Shown in pieces: positions 29,601-41,622 of a DNA stretch of 64,000 nt (position 1 is its first letter; every line of letters starts with the position of its first letter). The DNA comes from Myxococcales bacterium (GTDB taxonomy: Bacteria > Myxococcota_A > Polyangia > Polyangiales > Polyangiaceae): assembly GCA_043747615.1 (NCBI GenBank), contig JAYTOU010000046.1, forward strand, positions 32,001 through 96,000. Reading direction: 5' to 3'. The position numbers and the translations under genes are program-made. The notes below the pieces were generated by a model that was not told the origin of the DNA, made no database searches, and worked only from the letters and a program-made list of their open reading frames with translations.

Positions 29601-30434
29601 GTGCCCCTTTTCGTCGTCGCGACGCCGATCGGCAACCTCGAAGATCTAACGGCGCGCGCTCTTGAAACGCTCCGCTCTTGTCCGCGCATCGCGGCCGAGG
29701 ACACGCGGCGCACCCGCGGGCTCTTGAGCCACTTCGGCATTCGCGGAAAAAAACTGGAGGCGCTCCACGCCCACTCGGGGCCGCGCGACGTCGAGCGACT
29801 GGTGGAAGCGCTGGTGGCCGGAGAAGACATTGCGCTCGTGACCGACGCGGGGACACCGAGCGTGAGCGATCCGGGCGATGCGCTGGTGCGCGGAGCCATT
29901 GCTGCGGGCGTGCGGGTGATTCCCATTCCGGGGGCGAGCGCACTTCTCGCGGCTCTGGTTGCGAGCGGGGTGGCAAGCGGCGCCGGATTTCATTTCGCGG
30001 CCTTTCTTCCGCGCGATGGCACAGCACGCCGCGACGCCATCACCAAGCTCAGCGATCTGCCCGACCCAGTCATTCTCTACGAGGCCGCCAACCGCACCGC
30101 CGCCACTCTTCAGGATCTCGCAGAGGCCACACCGAAGCGCGCGGCATGCGTCGCTCGGGAGCTGACGAAGATGCACGAAGAGTTCGTGCGCGGCACCCTC
30201 GAGGAGCTCGCCGCTCTCGAGCGCGAATGGATCGGCGAGGTGGTGATCGTCCTCGGCAGCCACGAACCTCAGTCGCGCATCGCCGAGATCACGGACGAAG
30301 CGATAGACGCCCGCATCGACGAGGAGCTCGCCAAAGGACTTCACGCCAAGAGCATCTCCGAACGAATCGCCGCTTGGAGTGGTCGCGCCAAACGCGAAAT
30401 GTACGGCCGCGTTCTCGAACGAAAACCACGCTGA
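29601..30434 (+). CDS. rsmI: 16S rRNA (cytidine1402-2'-O)-methyltransferase
   Basis: LFVVATPIGNLED, AEDTR, DAGTPSVSDPG, PIPGASA, RELTKMHEE. Confidence 0.96.
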   Translation: MPLFVVATPIGNLEDLTARALETLRSCPRIAAEDTRRTRGLLSHFGIRGKKLEALHAHSGPRDVERLVEALVAGEDIALVTDAGTPSVSDPGDALVRGAIAAGVRVIPIPGASALLAALVASGVASGAGFHFAAFLPRDGTARRDAITKLSDLPDPVILYEAANRTAATLQDLAEATPKRAACVARELTKMHEEFVRGTLEELAALEREWIGEVVIVLGSHEPQSRIAEITDEAIDARIDEELAKGLHAKSISERIAAWSGRAKREMYGRVLERKPR

Positions 30435-30467
30435 GCCAGGCCAGAATTTTTCGCGTATCGTTTCGGC

Positions 30468-31073
30468 ATGCGTTCCCTTCATCTTCTTCGGCACGGCGAG
30501 ACCGAGCTCAGCGCGGACGGCACTTTTTGCGGCGACATCGACAGCCCCTTGAGCAACGCGGGGCGCGCGCAGGCTGACAAGGTCGCCGAGCGTCTCCTGC
30601 ACCTCGATCTCGAGGCGATCTACGTGAGCCCGAAGGCGCGCGCCCGCGAGACCGCCGCTCCGATCTGCAAGCTCGCCAAGCTCGACCCGCGCATCGAAGA
30701 GGGTCTTCGCGAAATCTCGTACGGCACCTGGGACGGCCGCAAGGAAAGCGAGATCAAGCTCCACGATCCCGAGACCTACGCGCTTTGGGGAAGTGATCCG
30801 GCAGTGCACGCGCCGCCGGGCGGCGAGAACGGATTTGCCATCGCAGCGCGTGCGGTTCCCATCGTTGATCGCGTTGGAAAAGCACACGAAGGGAATGTGC
30901 TCTTCGTCAGCCACAAGGCCACCGTGCGGGTCATCGTCTGCGCGCTCCTTGGCCTGCACATAGGCCGATTTCGCGACCGCATCGCCTGCCCGACCGCCTC
31001 TCTCACCTCGTTCGAGTTCGGGTCGCGCGGTCCGTTGCTCGTCCGCATCGGCGAAACCGAGATCCACCTCTAA
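30468..31073 (+). CDS. Histidine phosphatase family protein
   Basis: LRHGET, RARETA, LREISYGTWDG, PPGGE, VSH. Confidence 0.92.
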   Translation: MRSLHLLRHGETELSADGTFCGDIDSPLSNAGRAQADKVAERLLHLDLEAIYVSPKARARETAAPICKLAKLDPRIEEGLREISYGTWDGRKESEIKLHDPETYALWGSDPAVHAPPGGENGFAIAARAVPIVDRVGKAHEGNVLFVSHKATVRVIVCALLGLHIGRFRDRIACPTASLTSFEFGSRGPLLVRIGETEIHL

Positions 31074-31079
31074 CGTTCT

Positions 31080-31825
31080 TTAGAGAGCGCTTCCAAGGGC
31101 GCTGTCGAGCGCCTGGGCGTTGAAGCCGATCATCATTTTTCCGCGGACGTCGAGGACCGGGATTGATCCTGCGTGAAGGCCAGCCTTCGTCAGCTTGGCC
31201 CGCATCTCGAGCGCTGCGCCGTGATCGGCTTCGATGTCTTTTTCCTTGAAGGGGATCCCCTTCCCACTCAAGTACGCGGCCGCTTGATGGCAGGGACCGC
31301 ACCACGCGGCGCCGTAGATGATCACCGCTGGGCGCGCCGCTTGATCCGCGCCTACGCCAGGATTGAGCGAGGGGAGGTCCATCCCGGCGAGATCAGGAAG
31401 GCCAGGAGCCGTCGGCGCCGTGTTTCCTGCGTCGACGCCGTCGAGGGTTGCTGTCTTTCCTTTTCGCCGCGCGACCGCGAGCTCGTCGAACTCGGCGCGG
31501 GTCATAGGCTTCACGGGATAGGTTCCGCCAGCACTCGCCGTGCGCAAATCGGCTACAAAAATGCGCCCGGCGTGCGTTCCGTCCTCGCGTGAGGGATCCA
31601 CCACGCGCACAGCGTCGCGCCCGATGAGCGGGACGTCCGTGGCCTTTTGCTCGACATGAAAATCTCCTTTTTCGTCGATCCACGTGAAGAGAAATCCCTC
31701 GCTCGAGTCTTTCACTATGAGGGCAACGGGACTCACGTCTTCGGTGGGCGCGTCTTTCTTGCGATGACACGCAGCGACGGCCAGCATCACAAGCAACACG
31801 AAGACGAAATGTAGCGCGCTTCGCA

Positions 31826-31826
<1 letters not shown>
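31080..31826 (-). CDS. Lipoprotein with C-terminal glutaredoxin-like domain
   Basis: Lipobox VAAC; YGAAWCGPC, SIPV, MIGF; TGATG overlap with the ABC-F stop. Confidence 0.85.
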
Positions 31827-33745
<1,919 letters not shown>

Positions 33746-33748
33746 CGC

Positions 33749-34456
33749 TCAGATTCCCGCCACGTGGAGAAGCTCTCCGATGGTCGCCGTCACGGCCATC
33801 GCCAAGCCTCCGCCGAACGTCACCCGCGCCGCTCCACGCCAGGCCGGAGCCCCACCCAGGCGACTACCGAGCCCGCCGAGAACGGCGAGACTGAGGAGCG
33901 CCGCGGTTGCGATGAATGGAATGCGCAGAGACTCCGGTGAGAGGACGAGCGCCACGATCGGAACGACGGCCACGGTCGCGAAGCTCACCGCGGACACGAG
34001 CGCCGCTTGCAGCGGACGGGCCCGCATCTCCGGACTGAAACCGAGCTCGTCGCGGAGGTGCGCGCCAAGACGATCGCGATTGGTGAGCTGCTCTGCGACC
34101 TTCATCGCCAAGTCCGGCTCGACACCGCGTCGCTGGTAGATCTGCGCAAGCTCGCGAAGCTCGCCTCGGGGGTTGTCGGCGAGCTCCGCCTTTTCCCTCT
34201 CGATGTCCGCTTCCTCGCTGTCGCGCTGCGAGCTGACGGAGACGTACTCGCCCGCGGCCATCGACATGGCGCCCGCCACGAGCCCAGCGATTCCGGCCAC
34301 GAGTACGCTCTGTCGCGAGGCTGAGGTCGCGGCCACGCCGATCATGAGGCTCGCCGTCGAGACCACACCGTCGTCCGCTCCGAGCACGGCCGCACGAAGC
34401 CACGCGCGGCGATCGGTGCTGTGCATTTCCGTCGAGAGACGCTGGTTTTCATCCAT
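33749..34456 (-). CDS. VIT1/CCC1 family Fe/Mn transporter
   Basis: WLRAAVLGADDGVVSTASL, AGAMSMAAGEYVSVSSQ. Confidence 0.93.
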   Translation of the reverse strand: MDENQRLSTEMHSTDRRAWLRAAVLGADDGVVSTASLMIGVAATSASRQSVLVAGIAGLVAGAMSMAAGEYVSVSSQRDSEEADIEREKAELADNPRGELRELAQIYQRRGVEPDLAMKVAEQLTNRDRLGAHLRDELGFSPEMRARPLQAALVSAVSFATVAVVPIVALVLSPESLRIPFIATAALLSLAVLGGLGSRLGGAPAWRGAARVTFGGGLAMAVTATIGELLHVAGI

Positions 34457-34533
34457 GCGCTCACTTTTAGCAAAGTCCGCGCGCGGGGGCTGCCTTGGCG
34501 TGATACACATGTGCCGGCCTTGGGAGAAACGCG

Positions 34534-35418
34534 ATGATTCGAAGGCTCATGACGCGCTTCGTGACCGCCAGTGGGGTACTCGCGCTCGGCGCGGCGACGC
34601 TCCTCGTTGCTGTCAGCATCGGCCTCGCAGGGTGCAGAAAAACCGTGGGAGAGCTTCGCACCATCGACGTCGTCGCCGATGCTCAGGCGGATCCGTCGCA
34701 CCCCGCAAGCGTCGACATCAAGCTCTCCGCAGGGTCGCTCCACCTCGCAGCGGGAGGCGGGCACATCGTCGGCGGAGCGGTGAAATCGAACGTGAGCTCT
34801 CTCGACCCGAAAATCGATGCGGGTGGAGACCACGTGACCATCACCCAAGGTGCGGCGGGGACGAGCGCGTCGCAGTGGGGCAACGACCTGGTTGCGGACT
34901 GGAGACTGACGCTCGGGCCGTCGCCGATCGCGCTCAGCGTGGAGACGGGCGCTGGGAGCGCGGAGCTCGAGCTGGGTGGGCTCGCCTTGAAGTCCTTGCT
35001 GGTGCGATCGGGAGCCGGGCCTGTCCACGCAGGATGGAGTCAGCCGAATGCGCTCACCGCCGACACGCTCGACATCGAGACCGGGGCCGGCGCCATCGAG
35101 CTCACCGACGTCGCGCGCTTCGGCGCGTCCAAGCTGCGCGTTCATGCCGGCGTCGGTGCAATCAATATATCCCTTGGAAACAAGGTGGATCGTGACGTCT
35201 CTATCGACGTCGAGGCCAGCGCCGGCTCGGTGACGATCAAGGTTCCCGCGAGCGTCACCGCACGCGCCACCGTCAAGCGAGGCGTCGGCGCAGTTATCTG
35301 CGAAGGATGGAAGAACGAAGATGGCGTGTACCTTCTCGGCACCCCGGGCGTTGCTCCGAGGGTCGCCGTGAACGCGCGAACGGGCGCGGGCAGCGTGACG
35401 CTGGTCGCCGTTCCGTAA
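34534..35418 (+). CDS. Toast-rack (DUF2154/LiaG-like) beta-repeat lipoprotein
   Basis: Lipobox LAGC; repeated (V/I)ETGAG, SGAG and AGVG turns. Confidence 0.7.
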   Translation: MIRRLMTRFVTASGVLALGAATLLVAVSIGLAGCRKTVGELRTIDVVADAQADPSHPASVDIKLSAGSLHLAAGGGHIVGGAVKSNVSSLDPKIDAGGDHVTITQGAAGTSASQWGNDLVADWRLTLGPSPIALSVETGAGSAELELGGLALKSLLVRSGAGPVHAGWSQPNALTADTLDIETGAGAIELTDVARFGASKLRVHAGVGAINISLGNKVDRDVSIDVEASAGSVTIKVPASVTARATVKRGVGAVICEGWKNEDGVYLLGTPGVAPRVAVNARTGAGSVTLVAVP

Positions 35419-35422
35419 CTCG

Positions 35423-36727
35423 TCAGGCTCGGGAGATCGCGCGGTAGAGGACCTGCAACGTTTCTTCGAAGGAGACTACCTCGGTTGGGTCCTGCCGCAG
35501 AAACTGCTCGATCTTCGGCATGTGCGCGATGGCCTCGTCGAGCTCCTTGTCACTCCCTTTTGCGTACGCGCCGAGGCTCACCAGATCGCGCTTCGCTTCG
35601 TACGTACCAACCATCGCTTTGAGGCGACGTGCGGCGTCGCGATGCTCTTTGCCGACGACGGCGTCCATCACGCGGGAAAGCGAAGAGGTGACGTCCACTG
35701 CAGGAAAACGGCCTCGCGCGGCGATCGCTCGGTCGAGGACCACGTGGCCGTCGAGGACGCCGCGCACTTCGTCGGCGATGGGCTCGTCCATGTCGCCGCC
35801 TTCGACGAGGACGGTGTAGATGGCGGTGATCGAGCCGTTTGCCCCTTGCCCAGAGCGTTCGAGAAGACGGGGCAGCATCGCAAAAACGCTAGGGGGATAC
35901 CCCCGACGCGCGGGAGGCTCACCGGCCGCGAGCCCCACCTCACGCTGCGCGCGTGCGAAGCGGGTCACTGAATCGAGAAGGAGCATCACCCTTGCGCCGC
36001 GATCGCGAAAGTACTCCGCGTAGGCGGTCGCGACCTGGGCGGCGCGAAGACGCTCGAGGGCTGCAACATCGCTGGTGGCAACGACGACCACGCTCCGTGC
36101 GCGCCCTTCGGTGCCGAGCGCGTGCTCGAGAAATTCACTGACCTCACGCCCACGCTCGCCGACCAGCCCGACCACTACGACGTCCGCAGCGACACCGCGC
36201 GCGACGGCACCGAGCAGCGTGCTCTTGCCCACGCCGGAGCCTGCAAATAAGCCGATCCGCTGACCTTCGCCGAGCGTCATAAGCCCATCGATGACCCTTA
36301 CACCCGTGGCCAGCGGACGGCTCACCGGACGCCGTTCGAGCGCCGCGGGGGGATCGCGATCGACCGGGACGCGCTCCCCGCCGAGGATCGGTCCCTTCCC
36401 GTCCATCGGTACTCCGAGGCCGTCGACCACGCGTCCGAGGAGCGACTCGCTCGCGGTGACGACGAAGGCGCCGCCCGTGGACTCCACTTCGTCGTCGGGG
36501 CCGACGCCCACCAGCGCGCCGAGCGGCATTGCGATGGCCTCCCCTTCCGAGAAGCCGACCACCTCGCACGCGAGCGGCTCGCCGCGCCGTTTCACGTGCA
36601 CGACGTCCCCGACCCTCACGCCGGGCATCGCGAAGCGCATCGCCAAGCCGGTGACGCCGAGCACGCGGCCCTTCATCTTCACCGTGGGGACAGCGGCGAG
36701 CTTCGCCTTCAGCGCATCGACGTCCAT
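35423..36727 (-). CDS. FliI/YscN (SctN) type III export ATPase
   Basis: GEGQRIGLFAGSGVGKSTLL, GERGREV, DSVTRFARAQRE, GEPPARRGYPPSVF, LDGHVVL, SLSRVM; start ATG 36727. Confidence 0.95.
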   Translation of the reverse strand: MDVDALKAKLAAVPTVKMKGRVLGVTGLAMRFAMPGVRVGDVVHVKRRGEPLACEVVGFSEGEAIAMPLGALVGVGPDDEVESTGGAFVVTASESLLGRVVDGLGVPMDGKGPILGGERVPVDRDPPAALERRPVSRPLATGVRVIDGLMTLGEGQRIGLFAGSGVGKSTLLGAVARGVAADVVVVGLVGERGREVSEFLEHALGTEGRARSVVVVATSDVAALERLRAAQVATAYAEYFRDRGARVMLLLDSVTRFARAQREVGLAAGEPPARRGYPPSVFAMLPRLLERSGQGANGSITAIYTVLVEGGDMDEPIADEVRGVLDGHVVLDRAIAARGRFPAVDVTSSLSRVMDAVVGKEHRDAARRLKAMVGTYEAKRDLVSLGAYAKGSDKELDEAIAHMPKIEQFLRQDPTEVVSFEETLQVLYRAISRA

Positions 36728-36764
36728 GACGCCGAGAGTCGCATCAAACGCGGTTTTTTGGCTG

Positions 36765-37892
36765 TTATTTTCCGACGACGCGTTTGCGGGATGCGCTCTG
36801 TGCTTCGCCGCCGGCGTCTCCGCCACGAAGCTCCGCATCGAGCTGGGAGAGAAGATCCCGCGCCTTCGCGCTGAGCGCCGTCGGTACATCGACCTGCACG
36901 ACGACGACGAGGGCGCCGCGGCCGCGTCCGTCGAGCCGTGGAACGCCGTGGCCCTTCATGGTGAATACTGCGCCCGGCTGGGTGCCGGCGGGAATGCTGA
37001 GCGTGTGCGGCTCGTCGTCTTTTTCTTCGAGGGACGCGACGTTCACCTCGCCGCCGAGCGCAGCATCGCTGAACGCAACGTGCACTCGTGTGACCAGATC
37101 GACGCCGTCCCGCTCGAAGCGTGAATCTTCTTCGACATCGATCTCGACGTAGAGATCTCCGGGAGGAGCGCCGCTCGGACCCGGCATTCCCTGGCCCTGA
37201 ACGCGCAGCCGCTGCCCGGCGTCGATTCCGGCGGGGAAGGTCACCGTGCATTTTCGCGGCTTGCTGACGAGCCCTTCGCCCGCGCACGTCCTGCACACGT
37301 TCTTGATGACCTGACCGCGCCCCTGGCATCGCCCACAGGGGGCGGTGAACATGACGAAGCCGCGCGCGTTCGAGACCTGGCCGGAGCCACGGCACTGTGA
37401 GCAGACTTCTGGTTTCGAGCCGGCGGCAGCGCCCGAGCCACTGCAGTCTTCGCAGCGGGCGGGAGCGTGGACGGCGATGTCCCGCTTCACCCCGAAGGCG
37501 GCTTCCTTCAGCGTGAGACGCTGCTGGACGCGCAGGTCACCACCACGGCGAGGACCCCGCGACTGGGCGAATCCGCCAAAGCCACCCGAGAACATCTCCG
37601 TGAAGAGATCCTGCATGTGGGCGAACACATCACCTGCTCCGCCTGCATCGAACCCGCCGCCCTCGAGCCCGGCGTGACCGAATTGGTCGTACGCGCGGCG
37701 CTTCTGCTCGTCGCCGAGGATTTGGTAGGCCTCGTTGACCTCTTTGAAAGCGCACTCGGCTTTTGGATTGCCCTGGTTTCGGTCAGGGTGGACCTTGAGT
37801 GCTTCTTTTTTGTAGGCCCGGCGAAGCTCCTCGGGAGAGGACTCGCGTGGACAACTAAGGACTTCGTAATAGCAGCGCTTACTGGTCGACAT
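36765..37892 (-). CDS. dnaJ: Chaperone DnaJ
   Basis: J domain with HPD, G/F region, four CxxCxGxG repeats, C-terminal domain. Confidence 0.96.
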   Translation of the reverse strand: MSTSKRCYYEVLSCPRESSPEELRRAYKKEALKVHPDRNQGNPKAECAFKEVNEAYQILGDEQKRRAYDQFGHAGLEGGGFDAGGAGDVFAHMQDLFTEMFSGGFGGFAQSRGPRRGGDLRVQQRLTLKEAAFGVKRDIAVHAPARCEDCSGSGAAAGSKPEVCSQCRGSGQVSNARGFVMFTAPCGRCQGRGQVIKNVCRTCAGEGLVSKPRKCTVTFPAGIDAGQRLRVQGQGMPGPSGAPPGDLYVEIDVEEDSRFERDGVDLVTRVHVAFSDAALGGEVNVASLEEKDDEPHTLSIPAGTQPGAVFTMKGHGVPRLDGRGRGALVVVVQVDVPTALSAKARDLLSQLDAELRGGDAGGEAQSASRKRVVGK

Positions 37893-37973
37893 GTTTAACG
37901 CCACACTAAACCACACCGTGTCACGGAATGGCTCCTGCTCGAAGGTAAGGCGGCAACGATTGCTGTCAACGCC

Positions 37974-39692
37974 CTACGACTCCCGAGCTTCTTGGGCGAT
38001 CCGCAGACGATCCCGGGCGTCCAGCTCCCGAGACAGCTGCTCGATCAGCGCGGTCTGGCGCTCGATCTCCGCACCTGCACGAGCAAGAGCGGACTCACTG
38101 TGGACGCGACTTTGGTGTTCCACGACCATGGCTTTGCGGAGCATATCGAGCTCGTCTTCGGCGCGCGCGAGCTTGCCGTCGGGCACCGGCGTACCTCCGC
38201 GACCAGCCGCATCTTCCAACTCCAGGATGCGCCAAGCGCGCGACTCAAGCTCTCCTTCTCGGCGCGCGCTGTCGAGAGCGAGGGCATCGAGCTTGGCGCG
38301 GAGGTCTGCGATCGTGTCTTCGTGCGCTTCGTGCGATGCGCTTTTTGCCTCCGTCTCGCGGACGACGGGCCGAGCGGGGACCGGTTCTTCTTTGCTGGCG
38401 TCGGCCAGCGTGGCGACGAGATCGTGCACCAAGCGTTCGCGGCGTCGCAGCTCGCGCTCGAGCTCCTGAATGGCCTGCGCGCGCTCACGAAGGAGCCCTT
38501 CGATTCGTCCGAGCTCCGCGCCATGCGCTTCGGAAATTTCGGCGAGCTCAACGGCGAGCGCAGCTGCGCGCACTTCGAGGCGTTCGAGATCGCGTGGTTG
38601 TTCGGCGCGAAGGAGGGTCTCGTTCCGTGCGAGGGCGAGCCCCTCTTCGAGCGCCGTGACGGCGGTTCCCGCGACGACCAAGGCCCCTTCGAGCGCCTCG
38701 ATCTGCTCGCGCGAAACAGCAATTTCCTTGGCGAGACGCTCCACGCGTCGGCGCTCTTCCACGAGCTCTTTCTCTAGACCGCTTCGCTTGCTCACGGCCT
38801 CCGCGGTGAGCCGCACGTGGTGGACACGCTGCTCTTCGAGATGCGCTTCGAGCAGATTGGCGCGCAGCTCTGCGGCCGCGAGGACTGCGCGTGCGGGCGC
38901 ATCGTCTACCGGCGGAACGAAGACCGGAGCGGCGGGCACCTCTCGGACGACCTCCCGTATCACTTCCACTTCGCGGACGACTTCGCGGACGACCTCGCGC
39001 ACCACCACCTCCCGCGGTTCATCGAGCGGGCGGGGGAACTGGACGATCGCGTAGGGCTCGAGGCGCGCGTCGTGCTGGCTGGCGAGGGCGTAGAACACTT
39101 CCGGTGCTTCGGGAGTGTCGACGAGCTGGGTGTCGAAGGTCACGTGCGGATCCTCGGCGCTCTCGCCAAGCTCGGCGATCGCGACGCCAAAGAACGGCAC
39201 CTGGGCGATCATCCGCACCGACGTGAACTGCAGCGACACCAGATCGTAGAGCTCGTAGTAGTCGAGACTCTTAGGCGCTGCTGCAGCGTCGGTGCCAACG
39301 CGCGGTCCACTTTCCGGATTCGGTGACGAGACGAGAACCGCGCCCTCTTGACCGACGATGCGACGGAGGCGGGAAAGGAGCGCCGCCGGGTTCTTGAGAG
39401 CGCCTATTTCGGGCACGATCGCCAGATCGAACGCTCCATCGCGAACGTCGAAATCTCCTGCGGGAAGGTCGCGGATCGTCACCCCGCGAACGGCGGTCGG
39501 CAGCGTCGCGCGACCCGGCTCGGGATCGAACACATGCACCATGCGCGCACCCAGACCGATCAGCCGCGCCCCAAGATCCGAGGTGCTGTCCGCCACGACG
39601 AGGACGCGCTTTCCAGCAGCGAGCGGCTCGGCATACACGCACAAAAGATCGGCAGGGGTGACCTGCAAGCTGGACGGCTCTGTCATGGACAA
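37974..39692 (-). CDS. Hypothetical protein: methyltransferase-like N-terminus, VVRE repeats, long coiled coil
   Basis: GKRVLVV..DGAFDLAIV..LRRIVGQEGAVLVSSPN resembles the class I SAM fold but lacks the DxGxGxG motif; E/R/L/A-rich heptads follow. Confidence 0.7.
   Translation of the reverse strand: MSMTEPSSLQVTPADLLCVYAEPLAAGKRVLVVADSTSDLGARLIGLGARMVHVFDPEPGRATLPTAVRGVTIRDLPAGDFDVRDGAFDLAIVPEIGALKNPAALLSRLRRIVGQEGAVLVSSPNPESGPRVGTDAAAAPKSLDYYELYDLVSLQFTSVRMIAQVPFFGVAIAELGESAEDPHVTFDTQLVDTPEAPEVFYALASQHDARLEPYAIVQFPRPLDEPREVVVREVVREVVREVEVIREVVREVPAAPVFVPPVDDAPARAVLAAAELRANLLEAHLEEQRVHHVRLTAEAVSKRSGLEKELVEERRRVERLAKEIAVSREQIEALEGALVVAGTAVTALEEGLALARNETLLRAEQPRDLERLEVRAAALAVELAEISEAHGAELGRIEGLLRERAQAIQELERELRRRERLVHDLVATLADASKEEPVPARPVVRETEAKSASHEAHEDTIADLRAKLDALALDSARREGELESRAWRILELEDAAGRGGTPVPDGKLARAEDELDMLRKAMVVEHQSRVHSESALARAGAEIERQTALIEQLSRELDARDRLRIAQEARES
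38939..39015 (-). repeat. Imperfect 12-bp coding tandem repeat (VVRE)n
   Basis: Plus-strand units like ttcgcggacgac; encodes REVVVREVVREVVREVEVIREVVREV. Confidence 0.75.
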
Positions 39693-39815
39693 GGGGGGAG
39701 GCTAGCCTTTCATGATTCTGCGGACAATCGTGCCGAGGCTTATCTCCTCAAGCACCCGATCGCAGCGCCGGCGGCGCTTTCAGGCGGGCTGACGGCGCGC
39801 CCGGGGTGTCACGCT

Positions 39816-41573
39816 TCAGCGGGCAATCGCCTCAGAATCGCCAGGCCGTGCGAGCGGTGCGGCACGACGAATCCGTGCTTTCTCCGCTACGATCACCCGG
39901 CGGTCGTCGCCTTCGAAGGACGTTTTCCTCGCGCTCCGGCGGTCTTCGAGCTCACGCGCAAGTGACAGGACGAGCTCGCGTGTCGCAGAACGGGTGGCCA
40001 GCCGCGGGCGCAGTCGGATCACGCGCTCTTCAGGGCGTCGACCAGGCACCGCTCGGGCGAGCGGCGCAAGAGCGGTCATGCGCGCGCTCGCCGCACTGGC
40101 ATCGTGCACACGCACCAAAACCTCTGGATTTGCCGCGTATCCAGCACCCGAGCGCGCCCAGGCCAACCCCACTTCGATGCCCACCACCCCCGGCATCGGC
40201 GTCGTTGGAAGAACGAGAAGGCGAAGCTCGTCGGGCTGGGTTGCTCCGGTCGGAACACGCGCCCACGGCGACACACGTAGGCCGGCGGCTTTGAATTTTC
40301 GAAAGAGCGCTCGAAGCATGGGCGCCGATGCGCGCGCCGAAGTCGGCGGAAGCTGGGCGCGGGTACCGGTGAGAAAAAGAGGCGCGAAGACGACGGCGTC
40401 GAGGATGACCAGGTGAGAGAGCTCAGGGTCGATCCGGCGGAGAAGAAACGCCGCGACTGCGGTCCCAAGCGCGAGAAGAACGAGCGTGAGCTGTCCTGCG
40501 CGCGTGGAGGGATCGAACGGATCGCTCGTGCGGCTACGCGTAGAGAACGCCTCGTCGTAACGGAACGCGAGCCACTGCCCGGGGCCCCGCGTCTGCACGG
40601 CCGCAAGGGGCGAAGCGTGCGCGGAGGCGAGCATCGCGACCCCGAGAAGGCACGCACCCCACGCCGGCGAATCCGCCATTTCGAGCGCGATTCCGCCCGC
40701 AAACGTGACGCCGGCGAGGAACACCCGAGCGAACGGGCGGAGCGGGACAATGCTACGCGGGTAGATCGGTTTGCTTGCGTTCGCCTCGCGGCATGCGGTC
40801 TCGACCCGCTTCGATTTCGCCCAGACGAGGGCCGCAAAAAGAATTCCTAAACCCGACAACGCAAGGGCCCGCGAGGGATCCGCGGCGCTCTCGGGGACCG
40901 GTGGCGGCGGAGGCGGCGGCCTCAGCTCGGGAGTTTGAACACGGGGAAACGCGCGGGGATCGACGCGTGCAGTCCACACCACCGCTTCGCCACGCGCAAC
41001 GTGCGCGCGGACCATCTCGAGCTCGTCGGCTTCGGGATCGCGGCGGAGCGTGGTGAGAACGGCCTCCGCTTCGTCGCGAACGGTGCGCGGCTCGGTCTCC
41101 CCGGCGGGCAGACGAAAGACGACACGCGCCCCGTCGATGCCCTCGGCGGGAACGGGCGATGCCCAGGAAATCCGCCAGAGCGCGCCGTCGCGGGTGATCT
41201 CGTGATTTTTGAGGAGGTCCACGCGGTAGTGAAGGTGCAGGGCGTAGACACCTTTTTTTAGCCCTTTGGGCTCGTCGACCTCGATGGTGACGCTGCGATC
41301 ATGAGCATGGGCACGCCCGGAGGCGACGGCATCACCGGTGATCTTGACCTCTTCGTCGAGGGCGAGCTCCGCCTCGAAGCCAGGTATTTCTACGCTCTTC
41401 AGGGCACCGCTCACCACCCGGTAGCTCACGGCGTGATCGATCGTGGCGAGCCCCGCAGTGTCGATCGCCACGCGGACGTCGTGTGCCGTTTCGTGGACCT
41501 CCGCTTTTGCGACGGCCGCCATGCTCGTCGAAAAGAGGAGCGCACCTGCAAAAAGAACCGCCCGCGAGCTCAT
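39816..41573 (-). CDS. Membrane protein with N-terminal exported beta domain (possibly DUF2207-like)
   Basis: Signal peptide, beta-rich domain, poly-Pro linker, about 5 TM helices, soluble C-terminus. Confidence 0.7.
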   Translation of the reverse strand: MSSRAVLFAGALLFSTSMAAVAKAEVHETAHDVRVAIDTAGLATIDHAVSYRVVSGALKSVEIPGFEAELALDEEVKITGDAVASGRAHAHDRSVTIEVDEPKGLKKGVYALHLHYRVDLLKNHEITRDGALWRISWASPVPAEGIDGARVVFRLPAGETEPRTVRDEAEAVLTTLRRDPEADELEMVRAHVARGEAVVWTARVDPRAFPRVQTPELRPPPPPPPVPESAADPSRALALSGLGILFAALVWAKSKRVETACREANASKPIYPRSIVPLRPFARVFLAGVTFAGGIALEMADSPAWGACLLGVAMLASAHASPLAAVQTRGPGQWLAFRYDEAFSTRSRTSDPFDPSTRAGQLTLVLLALGTAVAAFLLRRIDPELSHLVILDAVVFAPLFLTGTRAQLPPTSARASAPMLRALFRKFKAAGLRVSPWARVPTGATQPDELRLLVLPTTPMPGVVGIEVGLAWARSGAGYAANPEVLVRVHDASAASARMTALAPLARAVPGRRPEERVIRLRPRLATRSATRELVLSLARELEDRRSARKTSFEGDDRRVIVAEKARIRRAAPLARPGDSEAIAR

Positions 41574-41622
41574 GCCTTACATCTACTTACCCCGAGTCAG
41601 GGGGCCAAATTACCGGGTGTCT

